From Patescibacteria group bacterium (GTDB lineage: Bacteria > Patescibacteriota > Gracilibacteria > UBA1369 > PNNO01): a DNA stretch of 64,000 nt. The stretch is from contig JBHPJE010000004.1 of NCBI GenBank assembly GCA_042568205.1, positions 1,280 through 65,279 of the forward strand, read 5' to 3'. Both the position numbers and the translations under genes were made by a program. The notes beneath the pieces were generated by a model. It had not been told where the DNA came from. It was given only the letters and a program-made list of their open reading frames with translations, and did not search any database. Shown in pieces: positions 53,867 through 63,225 of the stretch (position 1 is the stretch's first letter; each line of letters begins with the position of its first letter).

Positions 53867-54811
53867 TTAAGTTCCTGGTTCAAGCTGAATAACTGTATTT
53901 ACCAGTGCAAAAGCGCCTAAACCGAGCACCATTGCAATAACAGCACCAATCAATACTTTTTTAGCATTTTGCGTCTTTTCTTCGTTTCCTGTAGCTGTTA
54001 CATAAAGGAAACCTCCATACATTGAAGCAATAAATGCTGATATTGAAATAAATGCTGATGTAAAGTTGGTAAATCTAACAATCATTAATATTCCCTGCCT
54101 TGCTTCTGGAATCTTTGAACCCTTATCCGGGAATAAGAAATCCTGAACAACAAATTCAGCAAGTCCAATAATAAATAAACCTACAACAAGCCAAGTAATT
54201 TGCTTTTTCACCTTTGTTTGAGCTTCTTCATTACCTGCACTTACAAGAAGTCTAAATCCTGCAACAACCATCATAAATATTGCTAAAGCACCTGCAACAA
54301 GCATGGCAATATTATAAAATCCTTTAATTTGTCTTGTACCTTCAGTTGCTGCTATCTGAGCAGTAGCTTCACTATCATAAACCTCTCCTTCAAGCCCAAA
54401 AAACACATTTTTGACTAACACATCGGCAACTATTATCATAACAACACCAGTAGCAAGCATTATCATTTGCTCTTTCATCTTTGGCATAACTTCGTCAATC
54501 TTCTTTCTGGCTAAGATAAGCCTTCCGCCAGTGATTATAATCATAATAACCGCAATTGAAGCTATTAAAAATTTAAAGAAATCCAAAGTGAAATATATTG
54601 CTGTAGTTATATTAGAAACTCCTTGCTTTTTAATTGCATCACCATGAGTCAAAGTGTCGTATGTCGGTAGTTCAGTTGCCCCTTCAATTATTTCAAGATA
54701 TCCATCAAATTTTGCATTAACCTGTTCATTCATAACAATATTAACTGATAAAACCAGTGTAGTTATTGCCATGACTAAGGCCAATGATGTTAGGAATTTA
54801 TTAATTTTCAT
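53867..54811 (-). CDS. membrane protein composed of three tandem VirB2/TrbC-like pilin hairpins (314 aa)
   Basis: Signal/TM, then three units of hydrophobic helix - G-G/[AS]-x-x-[LY] turn with N/G-E-E-x-x-T/K-K - hydrophobic helix. Example: FISISAFIASMYGGFLYVTATGNEEKTQNAKKVLIGAVIAMVLGLGAFALVNTVI. Confidence 0.75.
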   Translation of the reverse strand: MKINKFLTSLALVMAITTLVLSVNIVMNEQVNAKFDGYLEIIEGATELPTYDTLTHGDAIKKQGVSNITTAIYFTLDFFKFLIASIAVIMIIITGGRLILARKKIDEVMPKMKEQMIMLATGVVMIIVADVLVKNVFFGLEGEVYDSEATAQIAATEGTRQIKGFYNIAMLVAGALAIFMMVVAGFRLLVSAGNEEAQTKVKKQITWLVVGLFIIGLAEFVVQDFLFPDKGSKIPEARQGILMIVRFTNFTSAFISISAFIASMYGGFLYVTATGNEEKTQNAKKVLIGAVIAMVLGLGAFALVNTVIQLEPGT

Positions 54812-54818
54812 ATTTGAT

Positions 54819-55952
54819 TTATGGGCTAAATTGACCAGCTACAATCGTACTTACTATTGCAAATGAACCGTAAATAAGCACCATCCCGGCAATTGAAAGG
54901 AATATAATTTTCTTTGCTTTATTTGTTTGTTCTTCCTTTCCTCCAGCTGTTGCATACATAATTGCACCCACAATAAGCATTAGAATTGCAAGCGGAGCTA
55001 CAAATGTAACAGCCATATTAGTAAATCCAATCATTTCCTGAACTGCTCGTGTTGGATTAATAGCAGGATCCAATCCCATAGAAGAGTATTTTGAAGGATC
55101 AACAATATATAAAACTTTATCAATTAAAGTAGTAGCTAAAATTATGGCAACTAAACCAACTGAAGTATAAATAAGATTTTTCTTATCTAAAGCTATACTC
55201 TCTTCACTTCCTGCCAGACCAATAAGCCTGATCCCATTTCTAATAAACATAAATATCGCAACTCCTCCAATCAAATATTTAATAAATGTAATTATAACTC
55301 TGGTTTCCTGTTTAAATAATGCTGCCTGTCGAATAATATTATTCGGATCTTTTAAAAATCCACCTCTGGCACATTCAGTCTCCCCCGGAGCACAGGCAAC
55401 TGATAAAACTTTTGCAAATTCATCACCAAATCCAATTATTAATAAACCAATTATTCCGTATGTTATGGCATTTTTTTGCTTTGTAATCGTATCATCATTA
55501 CCCTGTGAAATAATTAATTTAAGTGCAGAAAGCATTATAAATAGCACAGCAACTGCACCCAGAATAAACTTTGCATTTCTAATAAGACCATTAGCAAATT
55601 CACTAAGCATTCCAGTAGGCGTAGTACTTGATAATTTAGGGAAATCCGGATACGCCGCAGGATTTAAAGGAATATAAATATAATCATCTTTGTATGCACC
55701 AGGTTCGGTTACAGGTGTTGAAGTAGTTGTTGGTGAAGTTTTAGCAGGAGCTACTGCGCTTGGAGCAGACCCTGCACCACTTCCCCCAGTCCCTTGAGCA
55801 GCAGTTCCACCTGAGCTACCACCACCAGTACCAGATGTAACATCCTGCGCACTAGTAATTGGTGCAAGCATCGCTAAAACTATTCCTAAAACAAAAAGAA
55901 ATGCTACGAATTCTTTTAAAAATCTACTAATTGTTTTTTGTTTTTGGGCCAT
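54819..55952 (-). CDS. membrane protein with Gly/Ser/Thr-rich N-terminal region and three tandem VirB2/TrbC-like pilin hairpins (377 aa)
   Basis: Same unit three times. Example: MAVTFVAPLAILMLIVGAIMYATAGGKEEQTNKAKKIIFLSIAGMVLIYGSFAIVSTIV. 7-nt gap to the next gene. Confidence 0.75.
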   Translation of the reverse strand: MAQKQKTISRFLKEFVAFLFVLGIVLAMLAPITSAQDVTSGTGGGSSGGTAAQGTGGSGAGSAPSAVAPAKTSPTTTSTPVTEPGAYKDDYIYIPLNPAAYPDFPKLSSTTPTGMLSEFANGLIRNAKFILGAVAVLFIMLSALKLIISQGNDDTITKQKNAITYGIIGLLIIGFGDEFAKVLSVACAPGETECARGGFLKDPNNIIRQAALFKQETRVIITFIKYLIGGVAIFMFIRNGIRLIGLAGSEESIALDKKNLIYTSVGLVAIILATTLIDKVLYIVDPSKYSSMGLDPAINPTRAVQEMIGFTNMAVTFVAPLAILMLIVGAIMYATAGGKEEQTNKAKKIIFLSIAGMVLIYGSFAIVSTIVAGQFSP

Positions 55953-55963
55953 TTATTTAATTT

Positions 55964-58357
55964 TTAGGCTTTTGCTTTTTTTGGTTGTTTCTTCTTTTTG
56001 ATTGCTTCTTCGAAAACTGGGATGAGAGCATCGGTATGTTTTATTAATTGTTTTCTTAATTTATCTGATCTGACTATATCTCTTGAACTTCCATTATTTT
56101 TTTTAAATCTAATAAATTTTATTATTTTAGGTTGGTCCTTCTTGTTGAAATCTTCCAACTTCCCATTTAATTTTTTTTGTAAACTTTTAAGTTTATCAAA
56201 TTTAGTTAAAGCCGTCATTCGCTCATTTATTGTTCTTTGTAATTTTGAAGGAAGCTTCTTAATATCATTTGCATCAGGCTTTTTAAATGTAACTTTAATT
56301 GTATCTTTGTTATAAAATGGAACTCTTTTGCTGGTCATTTTATTTCCCTTCAACAGATAAGCTGTCTTTTCACCTGGAACATACAATGCTTCTCTTTTTC
56401 CTTTTGGGCCATCGATTGTGATATATGCAAACTTATCTCTTACGTTATTAAAATTCATTAATTGATGGATTTTTCTATTTAATAATTTTCTTTCATTCCT
56501 ATTAGGCTTTTCTTTTCCAACAGTAAATTTATAAGGATCTTTTGCATCGTAATTAATCAAACCTTTAAAATCAGGATTTAAATGGGCTTCCATATTTGCT
56601 CTATCCTTCTTAAATTTCTCTTTTGCTTTTTGAGCCTCAGTTTTCTCTGACGCTGCTTTTTGTTCTTCTTTGGTCAATACTCCAAGTTCTTTTGAACCGC
56701 TTCTATCAATCTTTCCTTTCTTATCCTGCTTTGCTACCAATAATTTATTTGTTCTTGTATGAAATAAATATGTACGTCCTCCTGCTGTGATTTTAAATTC
56801 ACCCTGACCACCACCTTCATTTCTAAAATACACTTTTGTTCCTCCTTCATTGATTACGAGTCCATAGCCACCACGTGTACTTCCAGGCAATCTTGCATTC
56901 TTGGCATAATCTCTTAATGATTGCTTTACTTGATTCAATTCTCCCATATTTTTCATTTTCAATTGACTCAAATTCTTTTGAAAACTAGCCATTACTGAAT
57001 GAGCTTTTATTACATGAAGTGCTTTTAAATGATCTGGATGTCCACCTTCCTGAGGAGTACTTAAATCAAAACCACCGCCTGCTTCAGTCCCATCTCCTGT
57101 CATATAACATACTACTTTACCTTGTCTATAAATAACCATTGTAGGATATCCCCTGTATGATTTATTCGGATCTTTTGGTTTTGGCCAGTTTATTGCTGCA
57201 GCTTCATAGCCATCAGGTAATGATGTTGTTTTTACTTTTCCAGGACTGCCATTATGTAAAAGACCTTTCACATTGTTGAGAACTTTATTTTTTGCTTCAC
57301 TAAAATTAGGTGCAGTCCCATTTTCAAGATGATTTAGATTCTCAACCATAGTTCTTTGACTTTCACTTAATTTTTTCAATTCTTCTTTGCTCATTCTCCC
57401 AGGAGCTTTTATTGGAGTGCCTGGCTTTGGAGCTGGTCCAATACTTTCATAAAGAGGATCTGATGGTGGCATCTCATTAGGCTTTGTAGCATTAGCAGGA
57501 TTTGGCGGAATTGTTATTTTTTGTTTTTTTGCTTCTTTATCAATTTCTGTATTTAAATCTGTTAAGAGTTCGTTTCTTTTTTTAGGATCTGTTTTTGCAT
57601 CAGCTAATTTTTTTATTTTTTTAATTGTTTGTAAACTCTCATAAGCCTGCTTATATTGTTTTGATCCTTTCATTGCCTGATTATGTGTATATTTGCCTCT
57701 TTTTTTCTCTAATACTCCTTCAAGGAATTTAATTTTATAGGCAATATCTGCACTTAATTTTTCATTTTTTTGTTCAATGGTTTGCGGTTTTTCATTTTGC
57801 GCCTCTGGTTTTCCTGCGGCAGCTTTTGGAGGTGCAGCTGGTGTTCGAGAAGGTTGTGCAGTAGCTTGAGTTGCAGGTTTTCTTTTAGAAATATTGATAA
57901 ATTTCTTTTTCTTACCTCTACGTTTTCCGCTTCTTAAATATGCTTGCTCATTATGATAATCAATTCTACTTTGAAGATGCTGATCAATCCCTTTTAATGT
58001 TTGTTTTTTTACTTCCCCTTTTAATTTTTTGGCTTTTTCTAATTTTTCTTTCAATAATTTCACAGTATCTTTCATCACACTTGCTCTCTCTTTAATTTTT
58101 TCTGCTTGCCTTCTTCTTCTTTTACTTTTACTTTTTGACAATTTATTTCCCTTCTCCTCAAGATTAGTTGCGACTTCATCAAATTGATTCAACTTATGTT
58201 CAACATCTTTTTGTAGTTCATCAGCACTTTTTGGTTTTTGAGAAGGCCCTTTTGGCGCTCCTCCAGGCGTAGCCGGAGGTTTCCCTCCGGGACCCATATA
58301 CAAAAACTTACTTTCAAATAGGAAATTATTAATATATTTTTGAAACAAATTTTTCAT
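55964..58357 (-). CDS. very basic Lys-rich hypothetical protein (797 aa), first gene of the surface cluster
   Basis: Long ORF with no TM segment. Lys/Arg runs (KSKSKRRRRQ, GKRRGKKKK), Pro-rich linkers and a Gly-rich central beta-like region. Confidence 0.75.
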   Translation of the reverse strand: MKNLFQKYINNFLFESKFLYMGPGGKPPATPGGAPKGPSQKPKSADELQKDVEHKLNQFDEVATNLEEKGNKLSKSKSKRRRRQAEKIKERASVMKDTVKLLKEKLEKAKKLKGEVKKQTLKGIDQHLQSRIDYHNEQAYLRSGKRRGKKKKFINISKRKPATQATAQPSRTPAAPPKAAAGKPEAQNEKPQTIEQKNEKLSADIAYKIKFLEGVLEKKRGKYTHNQAMKGSKQYKQAYESLQTIKKIKKLADAKTDPKKRNELLTDLNTEIDKEAKKQKITIPPNPANATKPNEMPPSDPLYESIGPAPKPGTPIKAPGRMSKEELKKLSESQRTMVENLNHLENGTAPNFSEAKNKVLNNVKGLLHNGSPGKVKTTSLPDGYEAAAINWPKPKDPNKSYRGYPTMVIYRQGKVVCYMTGDGTEAGGGFDLSTPQEGGHPDHLKALHVIKAHSVMASFQKNLSQLKMKNMGELNQVKQSLRDYAKNARLPGSTRGGYGLVINEGGTKVYFRNEGGGQGEFKITAGGRTYLFHTRTNKLLVAKQDKKGKIDRSGSKELGVLTKEEQKAASEKTEAQKAKEKFKKDRANMEAHLNPDFKGLINYDAKDPYKFTVGKEKPNRNERKLLNRKIHQLMNFNNVRDKFAYITIDGPKGKREALYVPGEKTAYLLKGNKMTSKRVPFYNKDTIKVTFKKPDANDIKKLPSKLQRTINERMTALTKFDKLKSLQKKLNGKLEDFNKKDQPKIIKFIRFKKNNGSSRDIVRSDKLRKQLIKHTDALIPVFEEAIKKKKQPKKAKA

Positions 58358-58558
58358 TTTGTTTTTTTTTATTTATTTTCTTCTTATTATTTTAACATAA
58401 AATGCCCTAAAAATAAAGGGATTATGGCCTCTTAAGTGGTCGTGTCGGTTGAGGCACAAAATTTTGCTAATTTTCGCTTGCATAAAATAAAATTTAATAA
58501 TATAATCTTTTTCGAACAGGGGGCTTTTTAAGAGTGTTCCCGTTAAACAATAATTATC

Positions 58559-58753
58559 ATGGCAAAAAAAGCATTATTTGGATACTTCACAGATAGTTGG
58601 CAGGAGCTTAAAAAAGTAACCTGGCCAACAAAAAATCAGGCTATAAAACTAACTGGAATTGTACTAGGATTCTGTTTTGTTTCAGCAGTAGTTTTAGGAC
58701 TGGTAGATGGAATATTCAGTTACGTTTATAAATTATTACTTACACTAGCATAA
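58559..58753 (+). CDS. secE: preprotein translocase subunit SecE
   Basis: WQELKKVTWPTKNQAIKLTGIVLGFCFVSAVVLGLVD is the canonical SecE pattern. Immediately upstream of nusG. Confidence 0.9.
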   Translation: MAKKALFGYFTDSWQELKKVTWPTKNQAIKLTGIVLGFCFVSAVVLGLVDGIFSYVYKLLLTLA

Positions 58754-58754
58754 T

Positions 58755-59300
58755 ATGGCTAAACAAGCTGCAGGTACAGGTCGACATTGGTATGTGGTTC
58801 ACACATATTCAGGATATGAAGATGCTGTACGCGAAGCTTTACAACAAAGAATTGAAACAATGAATATGCAGGATTATATATTCGATGTTGTTGTGCCAAA
58901 AGAAACTCAAATTGTTATTAAAAAAGGTGAACCTACTACAGAAGAAAAAAGAATTTTCCCAGGTTATGTTCTTGTTGATATGACAGTAACTGATGAATCA
59001 TGGTATGTGGTTCGAAATACTCCAAATGTAACTGGATTTGTAGGATCTGGAACTACTCCGGTTCCTGTTTCTGAAGATGAATGGAAGGTTATTGAAAAAC
59101 ATATGGGTAAGGAAGAACCAAGATTTAAAATCGACTTCAGCATTAGTGATACTGTTACAGTTCTTGATGGACCTTTTGCAAATTATGAAGGTATCATCAA
59201 TAAAATCGACGAAGAAAAAGGTAAAGTTACTGTTATGATCACTATCTTCGAACGTGAAACTCCTGTTGAACTCGACTTTACACAAGTTAAGAAGAAATAA
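58755..59300 (+). CDS. nusG: transcription termination/antitermination factor NusG
   Basis: HWYVVHTYSGYEDAV, FPGYVLVDM, NTPNVTGFVG, and KOW region DTVTVLDGPFANYEGII. Confidence 0.95.
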   Translation: MAKQAAGTGRHWYVVHTYSGYEDAVREALQQRIETMNMQDYIFDVVVPKETQIVIKKGEPTTEEKRIFPGYVLVDMTVTDESWYVVRNTPNVTGFVGSGTTPVPVSEDEWKVIEKHMGKEEPRFKIDFSISDTVTVLDGPFANYEGIINKIDEEKGKVTVMITIFERETPVELDFTQVKKK

Positions 59301-60004
59301 TGAATAAGCTTACAACAATTTTTATCATTGTGACGGTTTTGATTGTCAGTGTCGTTGGCACTCTTCTTGGTATTAGATATTTTTCAGGAGACAATCAAGA
59401 GTCTGAACAACCGCTGTATGTAGCAGAAGAAGAGCCTGAAGACACTTCACCTCCTCCGACAATAGCATTACCTTTTGATGAGCCAGAAGGACCACCAGAA
59501 CCAATAACAACTCCGTCTTCCCCTCCTCCATCAATACCTTCTCCTTTTGATTTTATGGAAGAAGAGGAATTAAAAGCACCAATTATGGCTGGCATTGATT
59601 TAAAAATGATTAATGATGCTGGTTTTAAAGATAATACTTTAGATATTTCGGAATTTGATGGAATCGTTTTTAATGATTTCAACATGGCTGAGTACAATGA
59701 CGACGATCACATTTTATATATTTTATTGTCTGGTGAAGAAGAATCTGCAAAAATTACTGAACTCTTCTTTCCGTCTTTAGAAATCTCTAACGAGGTTTAC
59801 GCTTCTCTAAAGGCAAAAATGGCAGATAGTGGGTACTTTGAATTAAATGAAACGAATCAATATGGAGACCACTCATATTTTGCCAATCATGCTACAGAAA
59901 AGAACTCTGTATTTTTAGTTGTAAAGATAAGAGAGCGCTTGTATACTCTTCACTACCCAGCTAAGAACCACAATAAAATTAAGAATTTAATTAACCAATT
60001 ATAG
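59300..60004 (+). CDS. hypothetical membrane-anchored protein with Pro-rich linker (234 aa), inserted between nusG and rplK
   Basis: ATG shares one base with the nusG stop (TAATG). TM IFIIVTVLIVSVVGTLLGI. Stop lies 3 nt before rplK. Confidence 0.7.
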   Translation: MNKLTTIFIIVTVLIVSVVGTLLGIRYFSGDNQESEQPLYVAEEEPEDTSPPPTIALPFDEPEGPPEPITTPSSPPPSIPSPFDFMEEEELKAPIMAGIDLKMINDAGFKDNTLDISEFDGIVFNDFNMAEYNDDDHILYILLSGEEESAKITELFFPSLEISNEVYASLKAKMADSGYFELNETNQYGDHSYFANHATEKNSVFLVVKIRERLYTLHYPAKNHNKIKNLINQL

Positions 60005-60007
60005 AAA

Positions 60008-60433
60008 ATGGCTAAAACAATAATGACTGTTATAAAACTTCAGATTCCAGCAGGTAAAGCTAATCCAGCGCCTCCTGTAGGACCTGCTCTAGGTCAGCAT
60101 GGAATTGCAATTCAGGAGTTCTGTACACAGTTCAACAATCAAACTAATCAAATGGGCGATACAATCGTTCCAGTTGAAATTACAGTTTATGAGGACAGAT
60201 CTTTCACGTTTATTAAGAAAACTGCGCCTGCTGCTGTACTAATTAAGAAAGCTATCAATCTTAAAAAAGGATCAGGTGAACCAAATAAGGATAAAGTAGG
60301 AACTATTACAAGAGATCAATTAAAGAAAATTGCAGAAGAAAAAATGGAAGATTTAAATGCAAATGATGTAGAAGCAGCAGCTAATATTATCGCTGGTACT
60401 GCCCGAAGTATGGGAGTTGAAGTAAAAGGATAA
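60008..60433 (+). CDS. rplK: 50S ribosomal protein L11
   Basis: [35 protein letters not shown] is the canonical L11 N-terminus. Confidence 0.95.
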   Translation: MAKTIMTVIKLQIPAGKANPAPPVGPALGQHGIAIQEFCTQFNNQTNQMGDTIVPVEITVYEDRSFTFIKKTAPAAVLIKKAINLKKGSGEPNKDKVGTITRDQLKKIAEEKMEDLNANDVEAAANIIAGTARSMGVEVKG

Positions 60434-60444
60434 CCAATTAATTT

Positions 60445-60855
60445 ATGCCTCCAAAACCTCACAAAAGAAGCAAAATCTCAATTGTTAGATTCATTTATTT
60501 GTATCTGATCAGCGCAATAACATTTATTGTTTTTCTCATTGGAGCAGTGACAATCGTTGATCAAGGTTTAAAATCTTTTGTATTTGGAGTTGAAGAATAT
60601 GACTACAACAGACCAGTTCCGGTAATGATCGATTGTGAAAGATATGTTAGTCTTGATGATGAATCATATGAAAATTGTTTAAAAAAAGTTGAATTAATAG
60701 ACGAAATAGGAGAACCAGAAAAATCAATATTCACAAACGAAGCAAGAAAAAGACTTTCAATCGGAGTTGCACAAGTATTAGTTGCATTCCCTTTATGGAT
60801 TTTCCACTGGGGAATAATTGAAAGAGATCGAAAGAAAAAATATCCTAAAAAATAA
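60445..60855 (+). CDS. hypothetical two-TM membrane protein (136 aa), inserted between rplK and rplA
   Basis: TM segments FIYLYLISAITFIVFLIGAVTIV and VAQVLVAFPLWIFHWGII. 11 nt after the rplK stop. Confidence 0.6.
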   Translation: MPPKPHKRSKISIVRFIYLYLISAITFIVFLIGAVTIVDQGLKSFVFGVEEYDYNRPVPVMIDCERYVSLDDESYENCLKKVELIDEIGEPEKSIFTNEARKRLSIGVAQVLVAFPLWIFHWGIIERDRKKKYPKK

Positions 60856-60911
60856 TTTATTTCTAGTGGGAGAGCATTTTACTGCTCGTTTACCACTTAA
60901 CCACATACACT

Positions 60912-61604
60912 ATGAGACGTAGCAAAAACTACAAAGCAGCAAAGGAACTGCTAAAAGACAAAGAGTTTTACACACTCGATGAAGCTTTAAAAATCCTTTT
61001 AGAATCAGCGAAAACCAAGTTCGATGGTTCTTGTGAAATTCATATGAATCTTGGAATTGATCCAAAACAAGCTGAACAAGCTTTAAGAGGAACTATGAAT
61101 TTACCTCATGGAACAGGTAAGACTGTAAAAGTTGCAGCTTTTGTTCCAGATGACAAAGTAAAAGAATGTAAAGATGCAGGTGCAGTTGAGGCTGGTGCTG
61201 AAGATTTAATTGAAAAAGTAAGTAAAGGATGGCTAGATTTTGACATTGCTGTTGCTACTCCAGAAATGATGAAACAAATTGGTAAAGTTGCTAAAACACT
61301 TGGTCAAAAAGGGCTTATGCCTAATCCAAAATCAGGCACAGTTACTCCAGAACCAGGTAAAATTATTGGAGAATTAATGAAAGGTAAGATCGAATACAGA
61401 AACGACAAACTTTCAAATCTTCACAATACTTTTGGTAAAGTTTCTTTTGGAGAAGCAAAGCTAAAAGAAAATCTTGATGCATACATTAAAGCAATTGTTG
61501 ATGTAAAACCATCTGGATTAAAAGGAGCTTATATCAAATCAGTTACTCTAACTTCAACAATGGGTCCTGGAATTCATATTGATTTAGCAGAGGTAACTAG
61601 ATAG
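60912..61604 (+). CDS. rplA: 50S ribosomal protein L1
   Basis: LRGTMNLPHGTGKTVKVAAF and overall L1 pattern. Confidence 0.95.
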   Translation: MRRSKNYKAAKELLKDKEFYTLDEALKILLESAKTKFDGSCEIHMNLGIDPKQAEQALRGTMNLPHGTGKTVKVAAFVPDDKVKECKDAGAVEAGAEDLIEKVSKGWLDFDIAVATPEMMKQIGKVAKTLGQKGLMPNPKSGTVTPEPGKIIGELMKGKIEYRNDKLSNLHNTFGKVSFGEAKLKENLDAYIKAIVDVKPSGLKGAYIKSVTLTSTMGPGIHIDLAEVTR

Positions 61605-61633
61605 TTGTCAAATTTTAGAAATTTTCAAATTTT

Positions 61634-61662
61634 GAAAAGTCGCGAAATGCGGCTTTTCTTTT
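61634..61662. terminator. bidirectional rho-independent terminator
   Basis: GAAAAGTCGC / GCGGCTTTTC stem (one G-T pair) with a 5-nt loop, T-run on + and A-run upstream. Lies between convergent rplA and the DUF1385 gene. Confidence 0.65.
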
Positions 61663-61746
61663 GCTTAAATATGCGATGAGCGAAGCAAATCGGATAGTTA
61701 AGTACGACGGAGTGTTACTTCTAGCCACCCTAGCCGAATAACTTTT

Positions 61747-62709
61747 TTATACAACTACTGCCTGAGAAGGCTTATTCTCCTCCTCCAATTCCAATGCCTT
61801 ATCTAAAGCTTTTAAAGCAACTTCTAACTGCTTATCATCAGGTTCTTTTGTAGTGAGTTTTTGAAACCAAAGGCCTGGAGCAATCGCCCAATTAATAAAT
61901 TTATTGTCAGTATGCTTTGCACTCCACTTAAGAAATTCGTAAGAAATCCCTGCAATTAAAGGTAAAAATGCGAGCCTACGAGCAAAGTGCATTAAAAAGT
62001 CAGGATCTCGAGGTAGCATTGTGTATGTAAGAATACTGATCATAAATACAATAAGAATAAAACTTGTTCCACATCGTGGGTGGAATCTAGATTGTTTTTT
62101 AGCATGTTCAACTTCTAAAGGAAGCCCTTTTTCATATGTATAAATCGACTTATGTTCTGCTCCGTGATATTCAAATACTCTTCTAATGCTTGGCATGAGA
62201 GTTAAAATTGCAATATAAGCAATGAAAAATGAAGTTTTTAAAACACCATCAATAACATTGTAGTAAAAAGATTGCCTTAATGGTTCATACATTCCTGAAA
62301 TCCAGTCTGTTATCCATAAAGGTAAAAATTTAAATAAAAATAAACTAAGTCCAATGGCAAAAACAAAGGAAAAACCGAACATCAATTTCTCAGCAAATTG
62401 TGCTTTTTTTGATTTATCTTCTCTTTTGATTCCTTCTTCTTCCTCAATCATTACATTTGCAGAGTAATTCAAAGCTTTCATTCCAACAATCATCATCTCA
62501 AAAAGCCCTACCACTCCCCTAACCAAAGGCCATCCTAATACTTTAATTTTCTTAGTAATAGACTTAAAAGGATCATCTTTAAGCTCAATTCCACCGCTTT
62601 CTTTACGTACAGCAACAGTAATAAAATCATTTGATCTCATCATTACACCTTCGATCACAGCTTGACCTCCAACAGCGAAATCGATTTTCTTCCCGTCTTT
62701 TGTTTCCAT
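61747..62709 (-). CDS. DUF1385-family membrane protein
   Basis: N-terminal VGGQAVIEGVMMR signature followed by multiple TM helices and EYHGAEHK. Confidence 0.75.
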   Translation of the reverse strand: METKDGKKIDFAVGGQAVIEGVMMRSNDFITVAVRKESGGIELKDDPFKSITKKIKVLGWPLVRGVVGLFEMMIVGMKALNYSANVMIEEEEGIKREDKSKKAQFAEKLMFGFSFVFAIGLSLFLFKFLPLWITDWISGMYEPLRQSFYYNVIDGVLKTSFFIAYIAILTLMPSIRRVFEYHGAEHKSIYTYEKGLPLEVEHAKKQSRFHPRCGTSFILIVFMISILTYTMLPRDPDFLMHFARRLAFLPLIAGISYEFLKWSAKHTDNKFINWAIAPGLWFQKLTTKEPDDKQLEVALKALDKALELEEENKPSQAVVV

Positions 62710-62781
62710 ATATATTTTATTATTTGACTACAAACAGTGTTTTATTATACCGTAAACACATCATTAAATCAATCATGGATT

Positions 62782-63222
62782 ATGAACGATAAAGCTAAGA
62801 TAAAGCGTATAGATACAAACTTACCGTTGCCAGTTTATGAAACTGGAGGAAGTGTAGGATTTGATATTATTGCTCGTGAAAAAGCCGAAATCCCCCCTAA
62901 AGAAATAAAACTTATACCTGGCAATATAATTGTAGAGGTTCCTAAAGGATATATGCTAATGGTGGCTTCCAGAAGCAGTACTCCTAAGAAAAAAGGGCTT
63001 ACTCCTCCGCATGGATTAGGTATAATTGACCATGATTATTGTGGAAATGAAGATGAAATTAAGATCCAGGTATATAATTTCACTGATGAACCTGTTATAG
63101 TTGAGCGCGGTGAAAAAATCGCTCAAGGAGTATTTATAAGAATAGATAAGCTGGAATGGGAAGAAGTTGATGATATGACTAGTGATTCAAGAGGCGGCTT
63201 TGGTTCAACAGATAACAAATAA
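62782..63222 (+). CDS. dut: dUTP diphosphatase
   Basis: GLGIIDHDYCGNEDEI (motif 3) and RGGFGSTD (motif 5). ATG at 62782 (MNDKAKIKRID) preferred over the GTG at 62737. Confidence 0.85.
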   Translation: MNDKAKIKRIDTNLPLPVYETGGSVGFDIIAREKAEIPPKEIKLIPGNIIVEVPKGYMLMVASRSSTPKKKGLTPPHGLGIIDHDYCGNEDEIKIQVYNFTDEPVIVERGEKIAQGVFIRIDKLEWEEVDDMTSDSRGGFGSTDNK

Positions 63223-63225
63223 TAC

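Noticed and set aside
60856-60911. Stem-loop AGTGG-GAGAGC..GCTC-GTTTA-CCACT upstream of rplA as a possible L1 autoregulatory site
   Set aside because: Only a 5-bp plus 4-bp helix. I cannot verify similarity to the 23S rRNA L1 stalk by eye, so it is left unannotated. A covariance-model scan would be needed.
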